IMG/VR virus record: IMGVR_UViG_3300009093_000036
Location: 64,001-128,000 of that record
Direction: 5' to 3' (one strand)
DNA: 64,000 nucleotides
DNA from: a virus
The notes beneath the pieces were generated by a model. The model was given only the letters and a program-made list of their open reading frames with translations. It was not told where the DNA came from and searched no databases. Position numbers and translations under genes: made by a program. Of this stretch, positions 1 to 8,927 are shown piece by piece. Numbering within the stretch: position 1 is the stretch's first letter; every line of letters begins with the position of its first letter.

Positions 1-26
1 TGGGCCGGGAGGGACTTGGCCGTCAT
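1..26 (-). CDS. partial CDS running off the window edge (MTAKSLPA...)
   Basis: ATG at 26-24 overlaps the TGA of the upstream gene (ATGA coupling). Confidence 0.45.
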
Positions 27-1861
27 GCTCCACCACCCGTGTCGTTGATGTTGTTGTCGAACACGGTGTTGGTATCCGTACCGTCTGTGTCGAAGGGGGT
101 AGTGACACCCTTGAAGGTGCAGAACTGGATGTCGTTCGAGTCGATGGTGCCCAACCCACCGCTCGCAACTAGCACTGCCTTCGAGAAGTTCCTGATGCTC
201 AGCCCGTGGATCTTGTTCCGATTCAGGTTGCCCCCGGAATCGGTGGCGAAGAGCACTGCCCCCGTGCCGAGCGAGGACATCCCGTCGACGTAGCCACCCC
301 GCACGCTGCAATCGATGACTCGGTCGGAAGGGTCACCATCGCCGAAAGAGAAGGCAGCTCGACCGAAGGCATCAGTGGCCGTCCACACCACCGTCGGAGA
401 GATGATCTGCACTCCCTGCGCCTGTCGGTAGAGGAGGAAGCCCGTCTCCAGTGCATCCGTCGGTGCACACTCCACGAAGTAGCCCGGGCCGTAGTCGGAA
501 GAGAAGCCGATGTCTCCTCCGCGCGTGATGTCGAAGGTGCTGGTACGGCAGCGGATGACGTAGAACGGGTCGAATCCCGAAGTTCCTGTTCCGTAGAAGC
601 AGGTGAGGACGCCGCTACCCGAAGTGATGAAGCTGGGCGGCCCGTAGATCACGACGTCTTCGAGAATCGCCCCTCCCGCGAACTGAACGACGCTGTGGAT
701 GTTGCCGAAGTTCACCGAAGCTCCGGTCAGGATCGTCCCCATGTAGATGTCGATGTTCTTGATCCGGCTGACGCTGCTCACATCGACGAACGTGGTTTCA
801 GAGCCTCCGTTCATGGAGCCTGGGGCGTCGATGAAGATCGTGAGGTTCTCGACGGACCCGCCCTGGATGTTGAAGATCGACATCGACTGGCCGACCCCCG
901 GGGTCATCCGGGCAGTGAGGGTGCAGCTTGCCTTACTGGCGAAGATCAGGCGGGCATTGTTGATGACGAGCGGCGTGGAAGCACTGTCACTTGCGTTCAA
1001 CGTGTAGTTGCCTGGGCGAACGAAAACGTCACCACCCTGGCCACCGAGAGAAGCGAGTGCGGCGACGATGCCGAGGCAGTTCCCGTTGTCGAGGAAGTCG
1101 CAGTCAGCAGCCGTGTCTCCTTGACCCGAGCAGCCCACCACGACCTTGTTGTACTTCTTGCCGCTGACCTGGACGGGCTTGTAGTTGGTGCCGTCGTACT
1201 TCAGCACTGAGCCCGTCGCCGGCGACGCCGCTGAAGGGTCGATCGCGATGCCGTAGAGCTTGGCGACCCGCGGGTTCGGGTACGTCAGGGCGAGGTCACC
1301 ACCAGCCGGACCGGATGGAGGGCCCGAGGAGCCGATCGAGCTCTCGACAGCCTGCACGATCTCCCACGCCCACTCCGACCAGCCCGCCCAGTTCTGCTCG
1401 GAGACGCCGAGGCCTGAGCGGTTCGGGTAGAGAGCGTTGTCGGTGGCGAGGTCAGCATCGTGGACGCTGAGCTTGTTCGCCTCCGGAGCGGTCTCGACGT
1501 AGACCGGAACACGAAGTTGAGCGTTCAACGTGCGCACCGAGGCGATGCGACGAGACTTCGTGATGACGCCGTTGTCGTTGACGGTGAGCTCGATCAAGAA
1601 CGAGCTCGGGCGCACGATCAGCCCAGCGATGCCGATCGTGACCGTCTGCCCGGTGCTGCTCGACAGCACTGCGGAGGAGCCGCGCTTGTCGATGATCTCC
1701 CACGTGTACGTGACACCAGCTCCCGGAGCCGGACTCGTCGCGTTGAGCGTGATGATCTCGCCGGGGATGAGATCGTGGCGCGAGCGTCCCGCTACCCCTG
1801 CGCCGGGGGTGACCTGGTCGATGCGGAACTGTGCCGGCATGCCGGCAGGATAGCCCGACAC
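23..1861 (-). CDS. virion tail fibre/tail spike with C-terminal pectin-lyase-like beta-helix
   Basis: 612 aa. N-terminal PKD-like segment (VTYTWEIID), GPAGGDLALTYPNP motif typical of phage fibres, G/S/N/T-rich beta-helix-like C-terminus. Confidence 0.7.
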   Translation of the reverse strand: MSGYPAGMPAQFRIDQVTPGAGVAGRSRHDLIPGEIITLNATSPAPGAGVTYTWEIIDKRGSSAVLSSSTGQTVTIGIAGLIVRPSSFLIELTVNDNGVITKSRRIASVRTLNAQLRVPVYVETAPEANKLSVHDADLATDNALYPNRSGLGVSEQNWAGWSEWAWEIVQAVESSIGSSGPPSGPAGGDLALTYPNPRVAKLYGIAIDPSAASPATGSVLKYDGTNYKPVQVSGKKYNKVVVGCSGQGDTAADCDFLDNGNCLGIVAALASLGGQGGDVFVRPGNYTLNASDSASTPLVINNARLIFASKASCTLTARMTPGVGQSMSIFNIQGGSVENLTIFIDAPGSMNGGSETTFVDVSSVSRIKNIDIYMGTILTGASVNFGNIHSVVQFAGGAILEDVVIYGPPSFITSGSGVLTCFYGTGTSGFDPFYVIRCRTSTFDITRGGDIGFSSDYGPGYFVECAPTDALETGFLLYRQAQGVQIISPTVVWTATDAFGRAAFSFGDGDPSDRVIDCSVRGGYVDGMSSLGTGAVLFATDSGGNLNRNKIHGLSIRNFSKAVLVASGGLGTIDSNDIQFCTFKGVTTPFDTDGTDTNTVFDNNINDTGGGA

Positions 1862-1873
1862 ACCCCGAAAGAC

Positions 1874-1907
1874 GAAGCCCCCACGTCGCGCCTGACGTGA
1901 GGGCTTC
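1874..1907 (-). other. 14-bp intergenic hairpin
   Basis: GAAGCCCTCACGTC-AGGCGC-GACGTGGGGGCTTC on the minus strand. Confidence 0.6.
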
Positions 1908-1944
1908 TACCCTAGCGAGCCAAGTGCTCCTGGGGCGTGAGGAT

Positions 1945-2406
1945 TCAGCGTACGCCGGGCAGCGAGCTCAGGTCCAGCGGGATCCGCTCGGTGGCGAAGG
2001 AGAGATCCTGGTTCCACTGCCGAGTCGTGCTGCCGACCAGCCCGTACCAGATCTCTCGAAGCTCGTCCTTCCAGTAGCTGTTGCGATAGAGCCCGAACAC
2101 CGCCGGCTTGGCGTCCTCGGCTCGAACGACACCACCATCGCGACGCCTGATGCTCGCGCCGTAGATCCAGCCGCCTCCGAGAGCGTCGCTCACACGTCGA
2201 AGGTCAGCGGTCACACGAAGACCGAAGCCGGCGTAGGGCAAGACGAACACGGGACCTGGCGAGCTAGGCCAGAGGTCTTCTCGAAGACCATCGAGCGGGA
2301 ACTTGACGGGCCCTTCTCGACGAACGATGCGTCCGCCCGTGAGGGCCGACCAGCCCGAGGGAAGAGCCCTCGGGCTGTACGCGAGCATCGCCTGCTCAGG
2401 GCTCAC
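1945..2406 (-). CDS. hypothetical protein
   Basis: GTG start overlapping the upstream TGA; protein-like reading only 3' of 2406. Confidence 0.6.
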   Translation of the reverse strand: MSPEQAMLAYSPRALPSGWSALTGGRIVRREGPVKFPLDGLREDLWPSSPGPVFVLPYAGFGLRVTADLRRVSDALGGGWIYGASIRRRDGGVVRAEDAKPAVFGLYRNSYWKDELREIWYGLVGSTTRQWNQDLSFATERIPLDLSSLPGVR

Positions 2407-3113
2407 GTCCGCTCGACCTTGTCGGGCTCGATCACCTGCGCCGGGACGTTGCTGTCGTCGAAGGTGATCTGGACGCGGCCGTCCTCGGCGGTGCCCGTGA
2501 CCTTGCCTTCCTGGCCAGCGACCTTCACGCGCTCGCCGGGGCTGAAGGTCGGGGTGTTGTCGGCGTTCTTCTTCATCATGCGGGGCCTGCCTCTCCACTT
2601 CACGCCCTTGTCGTCTCGTTCGAGGATGACGCCGGCGTGGTCGTGCATCACCTTCGCGATCGCGGCGAAAGCTTCGTCGTCGATCCCTTCATCGTTCGTG
2701 TGAACGGTGTAGAACTTGATGAAGGGCTTGTAGCCCTTGCCCATGAGCGGGATCTGAACCCCGTTCTCGGTGCGCGACCCGTGCTTGAACTCCACGTCGG
2801 GCTTGAGCGTGATCTGCGTGTCGACGTAGATCTTGTGCGGGAAGCCGTACTTCATGTCGGCGAGCTCCATGTGGGGCTTGCCGGTCTTGAACTCGTACGA
2901 CTCGAAGGTGTCGCAGAACGGGATCGTCTTCGCGAGCTCGACGAGATCCTCCGGATGGATACTCCCGCAGTAGCTGCACGTCCTCCACGGGAAGATCCGC
3001 GGGTAGCCGTCCTGGCCGATCTCGTCGGTGGGCGGACGCCACACCACCTCCTCGCTGGGAAGCTTGAAGACGCTGTGCGTGTGATGTGCCGTCGGCTTGT
3101 CAGCCCACTTCAT
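2403..3113 (-). CDS. hypothetical protein with CxxC and C-terminal KOW/SH3-like segment
   Basis: MKWADKP start; CSYCGS; FSPGERVKVAGQEGKV. Confidence 0.7.
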   Translation of the reverse strand: MKWADKPTAHHTHSVFKLPSEEVVWRPPTDEIGQDGYPRIFPWRTCSYCGSIHPEDLVELAKTIPFCDTFESYEFKTGKPHMELADMKYGFPHKIYVDTQITLKPDVEFKHGSRTENGVQIPLMGKGYKPFIKFYTVHTNDEGIDDEAFAAIAKVMHDHAGVILERDDKGVKWRGRPRMMKKNADNTPTFSPGERVKVAGQEGKVTGTAEDGRVQITFDDSNVPAQVIEPDKVERT

Positions 3114-3336
3114 GTTCGCCCCCTTCGGTCTTGGGCGGAATGGCGACCAGCATGGCGCTGTGGAAATCCGCACTGCGGAGCTCCCCGTACGCCGCGCCGA
3201 GCGTGAACATGTCCACGCCACCTGGCTTCGTCTCGAACCACGTGCAGGTGATCATGTCGGCCTCGACACGACGAACCGTCATCCGCGGCCCGCCGCTCTT
3301 GAGGATCGCCATGTCACCCTTCGTGAACGTGTTCAT
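3100..3336 (-). CDS. YodC/DUF2158 family protein
   Basis: FTKGDMAILKSGGPRMTV...CTWF signature. Confidence 0.8.
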   Translation of the reverse strand: MNTFTKGDMAILKSGGPRMTVRRVEADMITCTWFETKPGGVDMFTLGAAYGELRSADFHSAMLVAIPPKTEGGEHEVG

Positions 3337-3338
3337 GT

Positions 3339-4100
3339 TCACTCCACGGTGCGGACGGTCCAGAAGTCGTCCGCGAGGTTCGGGTTGGTGAGATACCCGT
3401 ACGGGATCGTGAAGTAGCCGGCCTGGCCCCACGCCGAGCCCCACGAGTTGCGGACGATGAAGCGCTCGGTGCTGTCGTCGTAGCCGACACACAGGACGGC
3501 ATGACCGCCCAGCATCTGCTCGCCGACCGCCGGAAGGTTGAGCACGCCGGTCTTGGCGACCTCGGCGCTCTCGAAGCTCTCGTAGACGGAGAAGCCGAAG
3601 ACGAACGGGAAGCCCGCCGCGAGGCAGCTCTTCATCGCGCTGAGGCTGGTGCTGACGATGCGCTTGTATGAGAGCGCCTGATGGAGGGCGGCTTCCTTGT
3701 ACGCCTTCGCCGTGGGCTTCAGCTTGAACTTCGTGATGCGGTACGGCCACGTCGTCTCCGCGCACGCCCCGAGCTTCACGACGCTCTTGATGCCGTCCCG
3801 GATCTGAGCGCCAGCGTCGGAGGCGACCGTGCCCTCCATGCTGCGCTCGTTGTAGTAGATGAAGAGCCGCGACGGTGTGAAGAAGAGCCCGAGGTGCTCC
3901 TTGTGGTCGGCGAACGCGAGGGCCGCCGCGATCGCGTTGCCGGTGCAGCTTCCGAGCTGTCCCTGGTCGTAGACCGGCGGGCACTCGCTGCGGAGGTCGA
4001 CCGCCGGGGGCAGTGCGACCGCGCCGTCGATGAAGTACTGATCCCGGTGATCGGGGACGTCGGGGCGCCAGGTGTACTTGCGATGGATGCTCTTGCTCAC
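3339..4100 (-). CDS. C1 (papain-like) cysteine peptidase
   Basis: DLRSECPPVYDQGQLGSCTGNA (catalytic Cys), GGHAV (His), IVRNSWG (Asn). Confidence 0.93.
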   Translation of the reverse strand: MSKSIHRKYTWRPDVPDHRDQYFIDGAVALPPAVDLRSECPPVYDQGQLGSCTGNAIAAALAFADHKEHLGLFFTPSRLFIYYNERSMEGTVASDAGAQIRDGIKSVVKLGACAETTWPYRITKFKLKPTAKAYKEAALHQALSYKRIVSTSLSAMKSCLAAGFPFVFGFSVYESFESAEVAKTGVLNLPAVGEQMLGGHAVLCVGYDDSTERFIVRNSWGSAWGQAGYFTIPYGYLTNPNLADDFWTVRTVE

Positions 4101-4110
4101 GGGATCCTCC

Positions 4111-4491
4111 TTACAGCCAGCGAAGGGCTGCGTAGTTGATGGCGAGGTGTAGCGCGTTGTCGGCGATGATGAAAAGCCACGTGCTCATCCACGTCGGCTT
4201 CTCTTCATCGTACCCGGTCGCGTTCGTCTTCGCCCACACCGGCCACGCACTCGGAGGGGCCAGGAAGTTCTTCGCGAAGCAGACGTAGCGAGCCACCGCG
4301 AGATGGTCGATCAGAGCGTGCGTCTGCATGATGACGAACCATGCGACGAACGACGGGTGCAGCAGCACGAAGGGCAGCGAGTACGTGACGGCGTGGATGA
4401 ACGCGACCATGTACGACTTGCGTTTGTTCAGCGCCATCCAGTCGCTCTGGAGGATGTAGTCGCCGAACACGTGAGCGAGAAGCTGTTCCAT
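4111..4491 (-). CDS. DUF3307 family membrane protein
   Basis: LLAHVFGDYILQSDWMA...K, H-x3-Y, HALIDH, DNALH. Confidence 0.85.
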   Translation of the reverse strand: MEQLLAHVFGDYILQSDWMALNKRKSYMVAFIHAVTYSLPFVLLHPSFVAWFVIMQTHALIDHLAVARYVCFAKNFLAPPSAWPVWAKTNATGYDEEKPTWMSTWLFIIADNALHLAINYAALRWL

Positions 4492-4793
4492 CAGTCCTTC
4501 GTAGCCTCGTTCATCCGCGCCAGGAAGCTGTCGGCCATCTCGCGCCCGAGAGCACGAGCCTCCTCCACCGCCCCAGCCGGGTTCATCTTGGTGAGCGCCC
4601 CGACCGCAGCACTGGCCGCGACGCACCACGCACCTTCGACACGGACGCCGACGTCCTCGAACTTCGGCATCGGATGCCCGCTGACGGCCTTCCAGTCGAC
4701 GCTGTCGCCGTAGGCTTCATACATCGTCTTGGCGAGCTCACGCCACGACGCACGGAAGTCATCACTGAGCTGCTCTGCTTTCGTCATGTTCAT
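4491..4793 (-). CDS. hypothetical protein
   Basis: 100 aa; coupled stop/start. Confidence 0.7.
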   Translation of the reverse strand: MNMTKAEQLSDDFRASWRELAKTMYEAYGDSVDWKAVSGHPMPKFEDVGVRVEGAWCVAASAAVGALTKMNPAGAVEEARALGREMADSFLARMNEATKD

Positions 4794-4811
4794 GTTCCTT
4801 GGGGCAAAGAA

Positions 4812-5042
4812 TCAGCGAGCCACCGTGGTGGCCCCGAAGAAGGAGATCCCCTTGTCGGAGAGGTCCTTGATGGGCATGTCGATGTGCACGGTGTGCATGC
4901 TCTTGTCGACGTCGTGGATGCGGAACTCCTTCGCCCGCCCGATGACCGAGTAGAGCTTCTTCAGCCACTCGTTCCCCTTGGCGTGATCCTCGAAGACGAT
5001 GTCCTTGGTGACGCGAGGCGTCACGATGCGAAAGGTGATCAT
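4812..5042 (-). CDS. hypothetical protein
   Basis: MITFRIV start, ATGA overlap. Confidence 0.65.
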   Translation of the reverse strand: MITFRIVTPRVTKDIVFEDHAKGNEWLKKLYSVIGRAKEFRIHDVDKSMHTVHIDMPIKDLSDKGISFFGATTVAR

Positions 5043-5341
5043 GAGTCCATGTCCTCTCCCGGGCCACGCCGGCGAGGCGGACCACCGAGAGGACCTCCCG
5101 GACCCATCATTGGGCTCGGGAGATTCCCCATCGTGCGCATGTGCTCGCGGCGCATCGTGATCATGTCCTTGTGTTGCTGCTCCGCGAAGTCGTGCTGCTT
5201 CCGCGCGAACTGAAGCCGCTCGAAGTTGAAGTCGACGGTCCTGCTCTTCACCCTGATGGCGGAGAGGCGCACGTGCATCCACGCACCGACGGCGGCGAGA
5301 AGCACGAGAGCTGAGAGGTAGGCGACGATGTTCAAGTCCAT
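5039..5341 (-). CDS. hypothetical membrane protein
   Basis: N-terminal hydrophobic helix; GGAG RBS. Confidence 0.7.
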   Translation of the reverse strand: MDLNIVAYLSALVLLAAVGAWMHVRLSAIRVKSRTVDFNFERLQFARKQHDFAEQQHKDMITMRREHMRTMGNLPSPMMGPGGPLGGPPRRRGPGEDMDS

Positions 5342-5368
5342 GGCGGCTCCAGTCCTAGCGTAGCAGGG

Positions 5369-5761
5369 TCAGGCGCCCATCGAGCAGATGCCCGAGACGT
5401 CGTGCTCTTCGTTGCCCGGCCAGACGAAGGAGATGTCCTCCCACTTCAGGACGATGAGGCTCTGGCCGAGCCGCTCCTGGATCTGGAGGTTCGTGTGCCG
5501 CTCCGCGTAGAACCAGAGGAAGGCGCACTTCATCCCCGGCTCCAGACCGAAGAGGGGCATGCGCTGGGGACCATCGCCAGGCTTCACGACTGCGAGCGTA
5601 CCCACCGCCCGGATGATGCCGATCGCGGTGGCGTCCTCCTTCTGACGGTCGATGATGATCTTGGTGTTCTTGTAGGTCTCGGGGAGCTTGACCCGCTCGA
5701 CCAGGATGTTGTTGCCGATGACGCGCACCGTGCGGCCATCGTGGAGCTGGAACGTGTTCAT
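5369..5761 (-). CDS. GroES/Cpn10-like co-chaperonin (divergent)
   Basis: VRVIGNNILVERV...KIII...GIIRAVG...KPG...LIVLKWEDI pattern. Confidence 0.7.
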   Translation of the reverse strand: MNTFQLHDGRTVRVIGNNILVERVKLPETYKNTKIIIDRQKEDATAIGIIRAVGTLAVVKPGDGPQRMPLFGLEPGMKCAFLWFYAERHTNLQIQERLGQSLIVLKWEDISFVWPGNEEHDVSGICSMGA

Positions 5762-5773
5762 GTTGTGTACCCG

Positions 5774-6427
5774 TCAGTGGTAGATGCTGAGCAGAAGGCT
5801 CCGGTCGGAGTCCGTGATGTGTGGAGGGAACCCGCCTCCCGTAGGATGCAGGTCCGGTGACATGATGCTGACGTCGTTGACGTCGGTCTCGTCCGCCAAG
5901 CCGAGGCAGTGCCCGAGCTCGTGCTGAAGAGCGAGGTCCAACATCTCTGTCGTCCCCGTGTTGGCGGTCTCGATGCAGCAGGAGTCGTGGCAGCGCCAGG
6001 CCCGTCCTCCCGGCTCGTGGCGCCAGCTCGGATCGAGAGGGACACCGACGATGATGTGGATCGAACACTGGTCGCCAGCACGCAGCACCTGACGGCCGAG
6101 GCGTTGGTTGATGGTGTTGACGGCATCCGCGACGGCCTGGGCATCCTCGTGCGTCGCGTTGGTCCAGGCGTTCTCGTCTTCCCCGATCCCGGCCACATGC
6201 TGAAGCACCTCGGCGATGTGTAGATCGGTCGTGTACGTGTTCGCGCAGACCCCAACCGGCACAGTGAGCCGACCAGCCGTCACGTCATCCGGAATCAGGT
6301 TGAAGTGCGGGTCGAGACCAGCCTCCGTGTGCGTCGTGACGCCGTAGACGATGAGACCGATCACGACGGCGGTGAAGATGCCGATGATGATGGCCATGAA
6401 CTTCCAGCTCTTGATGAAATCCCACAT
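5774..6427 (-). CDS. membrane-anchored matrixin-like zinc metalloprotease
   Basis: N-terminal TM helix; HELGHCLGLAD (HExxHxxGxxD) and SIMSP Met-turn. Confidence 0.85.
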   Translation of the reverse strand: MWDFIKSWKFMAIIIGIFTAVVIGLIVYGVTTHTEAGLDPHFNLIPDDVTAGRLTVPVGVCANTYTTDLHIAEVLQHVAGIGEDENAWTNATHEDAQAVADAVNTINQRLGRQVLRAGDQCSIHIIVGVPLDPSWRHEPGGRAWRCHDSCCIETANTGTTEMLDLALQHELGHCLGLADETDVNDVSIMSPDLHPTGGGFPPHITDSDRSLLLSIYH

Positions 6428-6439
6428 GATGTTGTCTCC

Positions 6440-6456
6440 TCGTCTTCCTGATAGGA
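6440..6456 (-). promoter_or_regulatory. candidate phage promoter (CCTATCAG)
   Basis: CTCC-TATCAG-GAAGAC-G, hexamer 6448-6453, followed by AGGAG RBS. Confidence 0.6.
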
Positions 6457-6478
6457 GCTTCCACGACCCGCGTCGAGG

Positions 6479-7501
6479 TCACTTCTTCTTTTTGCCCTTG
6501 GGCTTCTCGGGCTCCGACTTCCGTTCGAGACTGAGGAGGGCCTCACGGAGGCGCTGCTTGTCAGCTTCTTCCTTCTCCTTGATCACCTCGACGAGATCCG
6601 GGTCGATGATCTCCCTCAGCTCGGTCTCGATGATCTCGCGAAGCACTCGCGGCGGGAGAGCATCCACCTCCCACGAGTTCTCGCCATGCATCGCGATGTA
6701 CTTCTCGGCACGGCTGTCTGTGATCTTCGCAGGGTTCGGCGGAGGGTCGTACTCCTCGACCTGCTCGGGAGTGAGAGCGACCTTCTTCACTTCGAGGCCG
6801 AGTATCGGCATGCGCTCGCGCTGAGCGACAGGCTCTTCGACCGTGACTTCTCCACCACGATACGGACGGCCAGCCGAGTACGTGATGTCCAGACCATGGT
6901 TCATGAACTGCGAGAGGCGATCGTCGATGTCTCGAACCATGTCCTCGCCCGAGGGGTCGAGGTCGCCGAGATAGAGGATGACCGCCTCTGTCGCACCGAT
7001 CTTGTCGCACTCGGAGCGAACACGAAGCCCGGACTCGCGCATCGCCGACGTCGAGCTGTACCCGCGGTTGACCATCAGCGTGACGTGGTACTCGTCCGCG
7101 ATCGGGGCGAGAACGCCGGCGAGGGCATCCTTCTCCACCCAGAGCTCGACGTAGCGCTCCTGCCCCATCAGCCGTGGCAGCCGGAAGCTGCTGAAGGCGG
7201 CATTCACGAGGCTGTCGAGCGACCTGAACTCGGGAGGCTTCTCGGGGACACGGATGCGGTCCTCGATCGACGACCAGTCCATCAGCCCACCGAGGCGAGC
7301 ACGCGACACCAGGTTGCCGATGCGGTCGTACTCCTCCTTCTTGTTGGCGATGAGGTCCTTCGAGACGAGCTGGTAGTAGAGCTGACGGAGCGTGAGCTTG
7401 AAGCCCTGGCGCTGGTAATCCAGGACGATCGTGATGATCGTGTCCAGCAGATTCCGCGCGTCGGGCTTGGGCTTGTACCCGTCGTAGTACGTGTAGTTCA
7501 T
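6479..7501 (-). CDS. TopoVI-A/Spo11-like Toprim protein
   Basis: LTLRQLYYQLVS (winged-helix Tyr), VELWVEKDAL, ILYLGDLDPSG Toprim motifs. Confidence 0.8.
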   Translation of the reverse strand: MNYTYYDGYKPKPDARNLLDTIITIVLDYQRQGFKLTLRQLYYQLVSKDLIANKKEEYDRIGNLVSRARLGGLMDWSSIEDRIRVPEKPPEFRSLDSLVNAAFSSFRLPRLMGQERYVELWVEKDALAGVLAPIADEYHVTLMVNRGYSSTSAMRESGLRVRSECDKIGATEAVILYLGDLDPSGEDMVRDIDDRLSQFMNHGLDITYSAGRPYRGGEVTVEEPVAQRERMPILGLEVKKVALTPEQVEEYDPPPNPAKITDSRAEKYIAMHGENSWEVDALPPRVLREIIETELREIIDPDLVEVIKEKEEADKQRLREALLSLERKSEPEKPKGKKKK

Positions 7502-7517
7502 GTTCGTGTCCTTGTTG

Positions 7518-7547
7518 AGGTCCCACACCTACGTAGGCATGGGACCT
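7518..7547 (-). other. 13-bp intergenic hairpin
   Basis: AGGTCCCATGCCT-ACGT-AGGTGTGGGACCT with GU pairs. Confidence 0.55.
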
Positions 7548-7577
7548 GGCGAAGTTGCACGAGGACCGTGCAGAAGC

Positions 7578-7991
7578 TCACCCCTTCTTGTCGGCCTTCT
7601 CCTCCTCACCGTCGAGCTTGAAGACGTCGCTGACGTCCGGAAGCTGCGGGAGAGCCGCCGGAGTCGATCCGGCGAGCTTGCCGTCGACGATGAGGCCCTT
7701 CTCCTCCATCGCCGCGATGATCGACTTCGCGTGATCGATCGGGGCGAGACGGAGCTGTGCGCCGAGCTGCTGCTCGTTGGCGAGGATGAAGATGCCGGGG
7801 AGCACCGGGCCTCCCTGCCCGCCCTTGCCGTAGTTGGCCTCACCGAAGGCCATGATCAACGCCATCGTCTCCTTCCCGTCCGGGTTGACGTAGCGGACCA
7901 TGACGTGCTGCGCGGGCGTGATGGAGATGATGCGGTTGGGCCGACCTTCGGGGTAGTGACCGACACGCGTGGGATCCTGAACCTGGGCCAT
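7578..7991 (-). CDS. hypothetical protein
   Basis: 137 aa ORF, in the coding strand and tiling. Confidence 0.7.
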   Translation of the reverse strand: MAQVQDPTRVGHYPEGRPNRIISITPAQHVMVRYVNPDGKETMALIMAFGEANYGKGGQGGPVLPGIFILANEQQLGAQLRLAPIDHAKSIIAAMEEKGLIVDGKLAGSTPAALPQLPDVSDVFKLDGEEEKADKKG

Positions 7992-8010
7992 GGGCTTCTC
8001 TCTTTCTTTG

Positions 8011-8361
8011 CTAGCCGAGCGTGAGACTGTCGGCGTCGAACGTACCGTTGATGATGTTGGCGACCACCGAGGGGTGGATCGGGATGTCCTTGATGTGGCC
8101 GGTCGAGTACTTCCCCGTCCGGATCACGACCGTCTTGGGCTTCACATCACGGATGACGCTGACGTGGTGCTTGACCATTTCGGCGCGATCGATGCGGTTC
8201 CAGACGTTGTAGGGCTCGTACTTCCCAGCCTCGACGCGTCGGTGGTAGCCCGCGATGTAGCCGTCGTCGTAGAGGTCGATCTCGATGATGAGATCGGCCT
8301 CCAGCTCCTTCGGGTCCGTGTCCTCCGGCTTCTTCCGGAGGTCGATCGTGATGTGGCGCAT
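8011..8361 (-). CDS. hypothetical protein
   Basis: 116 aa ORF. Confidence 0.7.
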   Translation of the reverse strand: MRHITIDLRKKPEDTDPKELEADLIIEIDLYDDGYIAGYHRRVEAGKYEPYNVWNRIDRAEMVKHHVSVIRDVKPKTVVIRTGKYSTGHIKDIPIHPSVVANIINGTFDADSLTLG

Positions 8362-8363
8362 GT

Positions 8364-8927
8364 TCAGCCCGGCGGGAAGTCTTCGTCACCGAAGCCCGGG
8401 AGCTGCGGCATGTTGCTCTTCTGCTGAACCGGCGGAGGCTCCGCCGGCGAACCGTTGATGAGCGGGTTGCCAGCTTCATCTTGCGTGATGGTGCGCGTCG
8501 GACGGCTCCGAGCTCGAAGAGTGCGGACCTTCTCCTCCTCGTCGCCGAAGACTCCTTCGAGGCCTCCCGGTGTCGAGCCCTCGCTGTCCGGCGGAGCTTC
8601 GCTGAGCGACGCCATGACGGGGCCCGCAGAGCCGACGAGGCTGAAGGGCCGCTCCTCCGCCTCCTCCTGAGCTCCAAGCGACGGGGGCGCACCATCGAGA
8701 CCGACCCGAGCATCCTCGAAGGTGGTCGTGGCGGTGTGCAGAACCGGCTCGGTGGGGCCCGAGGTCTTCTCCCGCACCGCGCTGAGGGTGAGCTCCTCCA
8801 TCTGCTCCTCGGTGATCGGGATGCGCATGGTCTGCCCGAAGAGCTCGAAGACGAGCAGGCACGTCTGCTCCATCGTGTCGAAGTTGAGGGCCTGCTCGAC
8901 ACCGAGAACGTTCGCCGTGATCTTCAT
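8364..8927 (-). CDS. hypothetical acidic/Pro-rich protein
   Basis: 187 aa ORF. Confidence 0.7.
   Translation of the reverse strand: MKITANVLGVEQALNFDTMEQTCLLVFELFGQTMRIPITEEQMEELTLSAVREKTSGPTEPVLHTATTTFEDARVGLDGAPPSLGAQEEAEERPFSLVGSAGPVMASLSEAPPDSEGSTPGGLEGVFGDEEEKVRTLRARSRPTRTITQDEAGNPLINGSPAEPPPVQQKSNMPQLPGFGDEDFPPG

Noticed and set aside
4795-4810. TTTGCCCC upstream of the 4793 start
   Set aside because: It has the upstream half of the promoter motif but no TAT(C/A)A hexamer.
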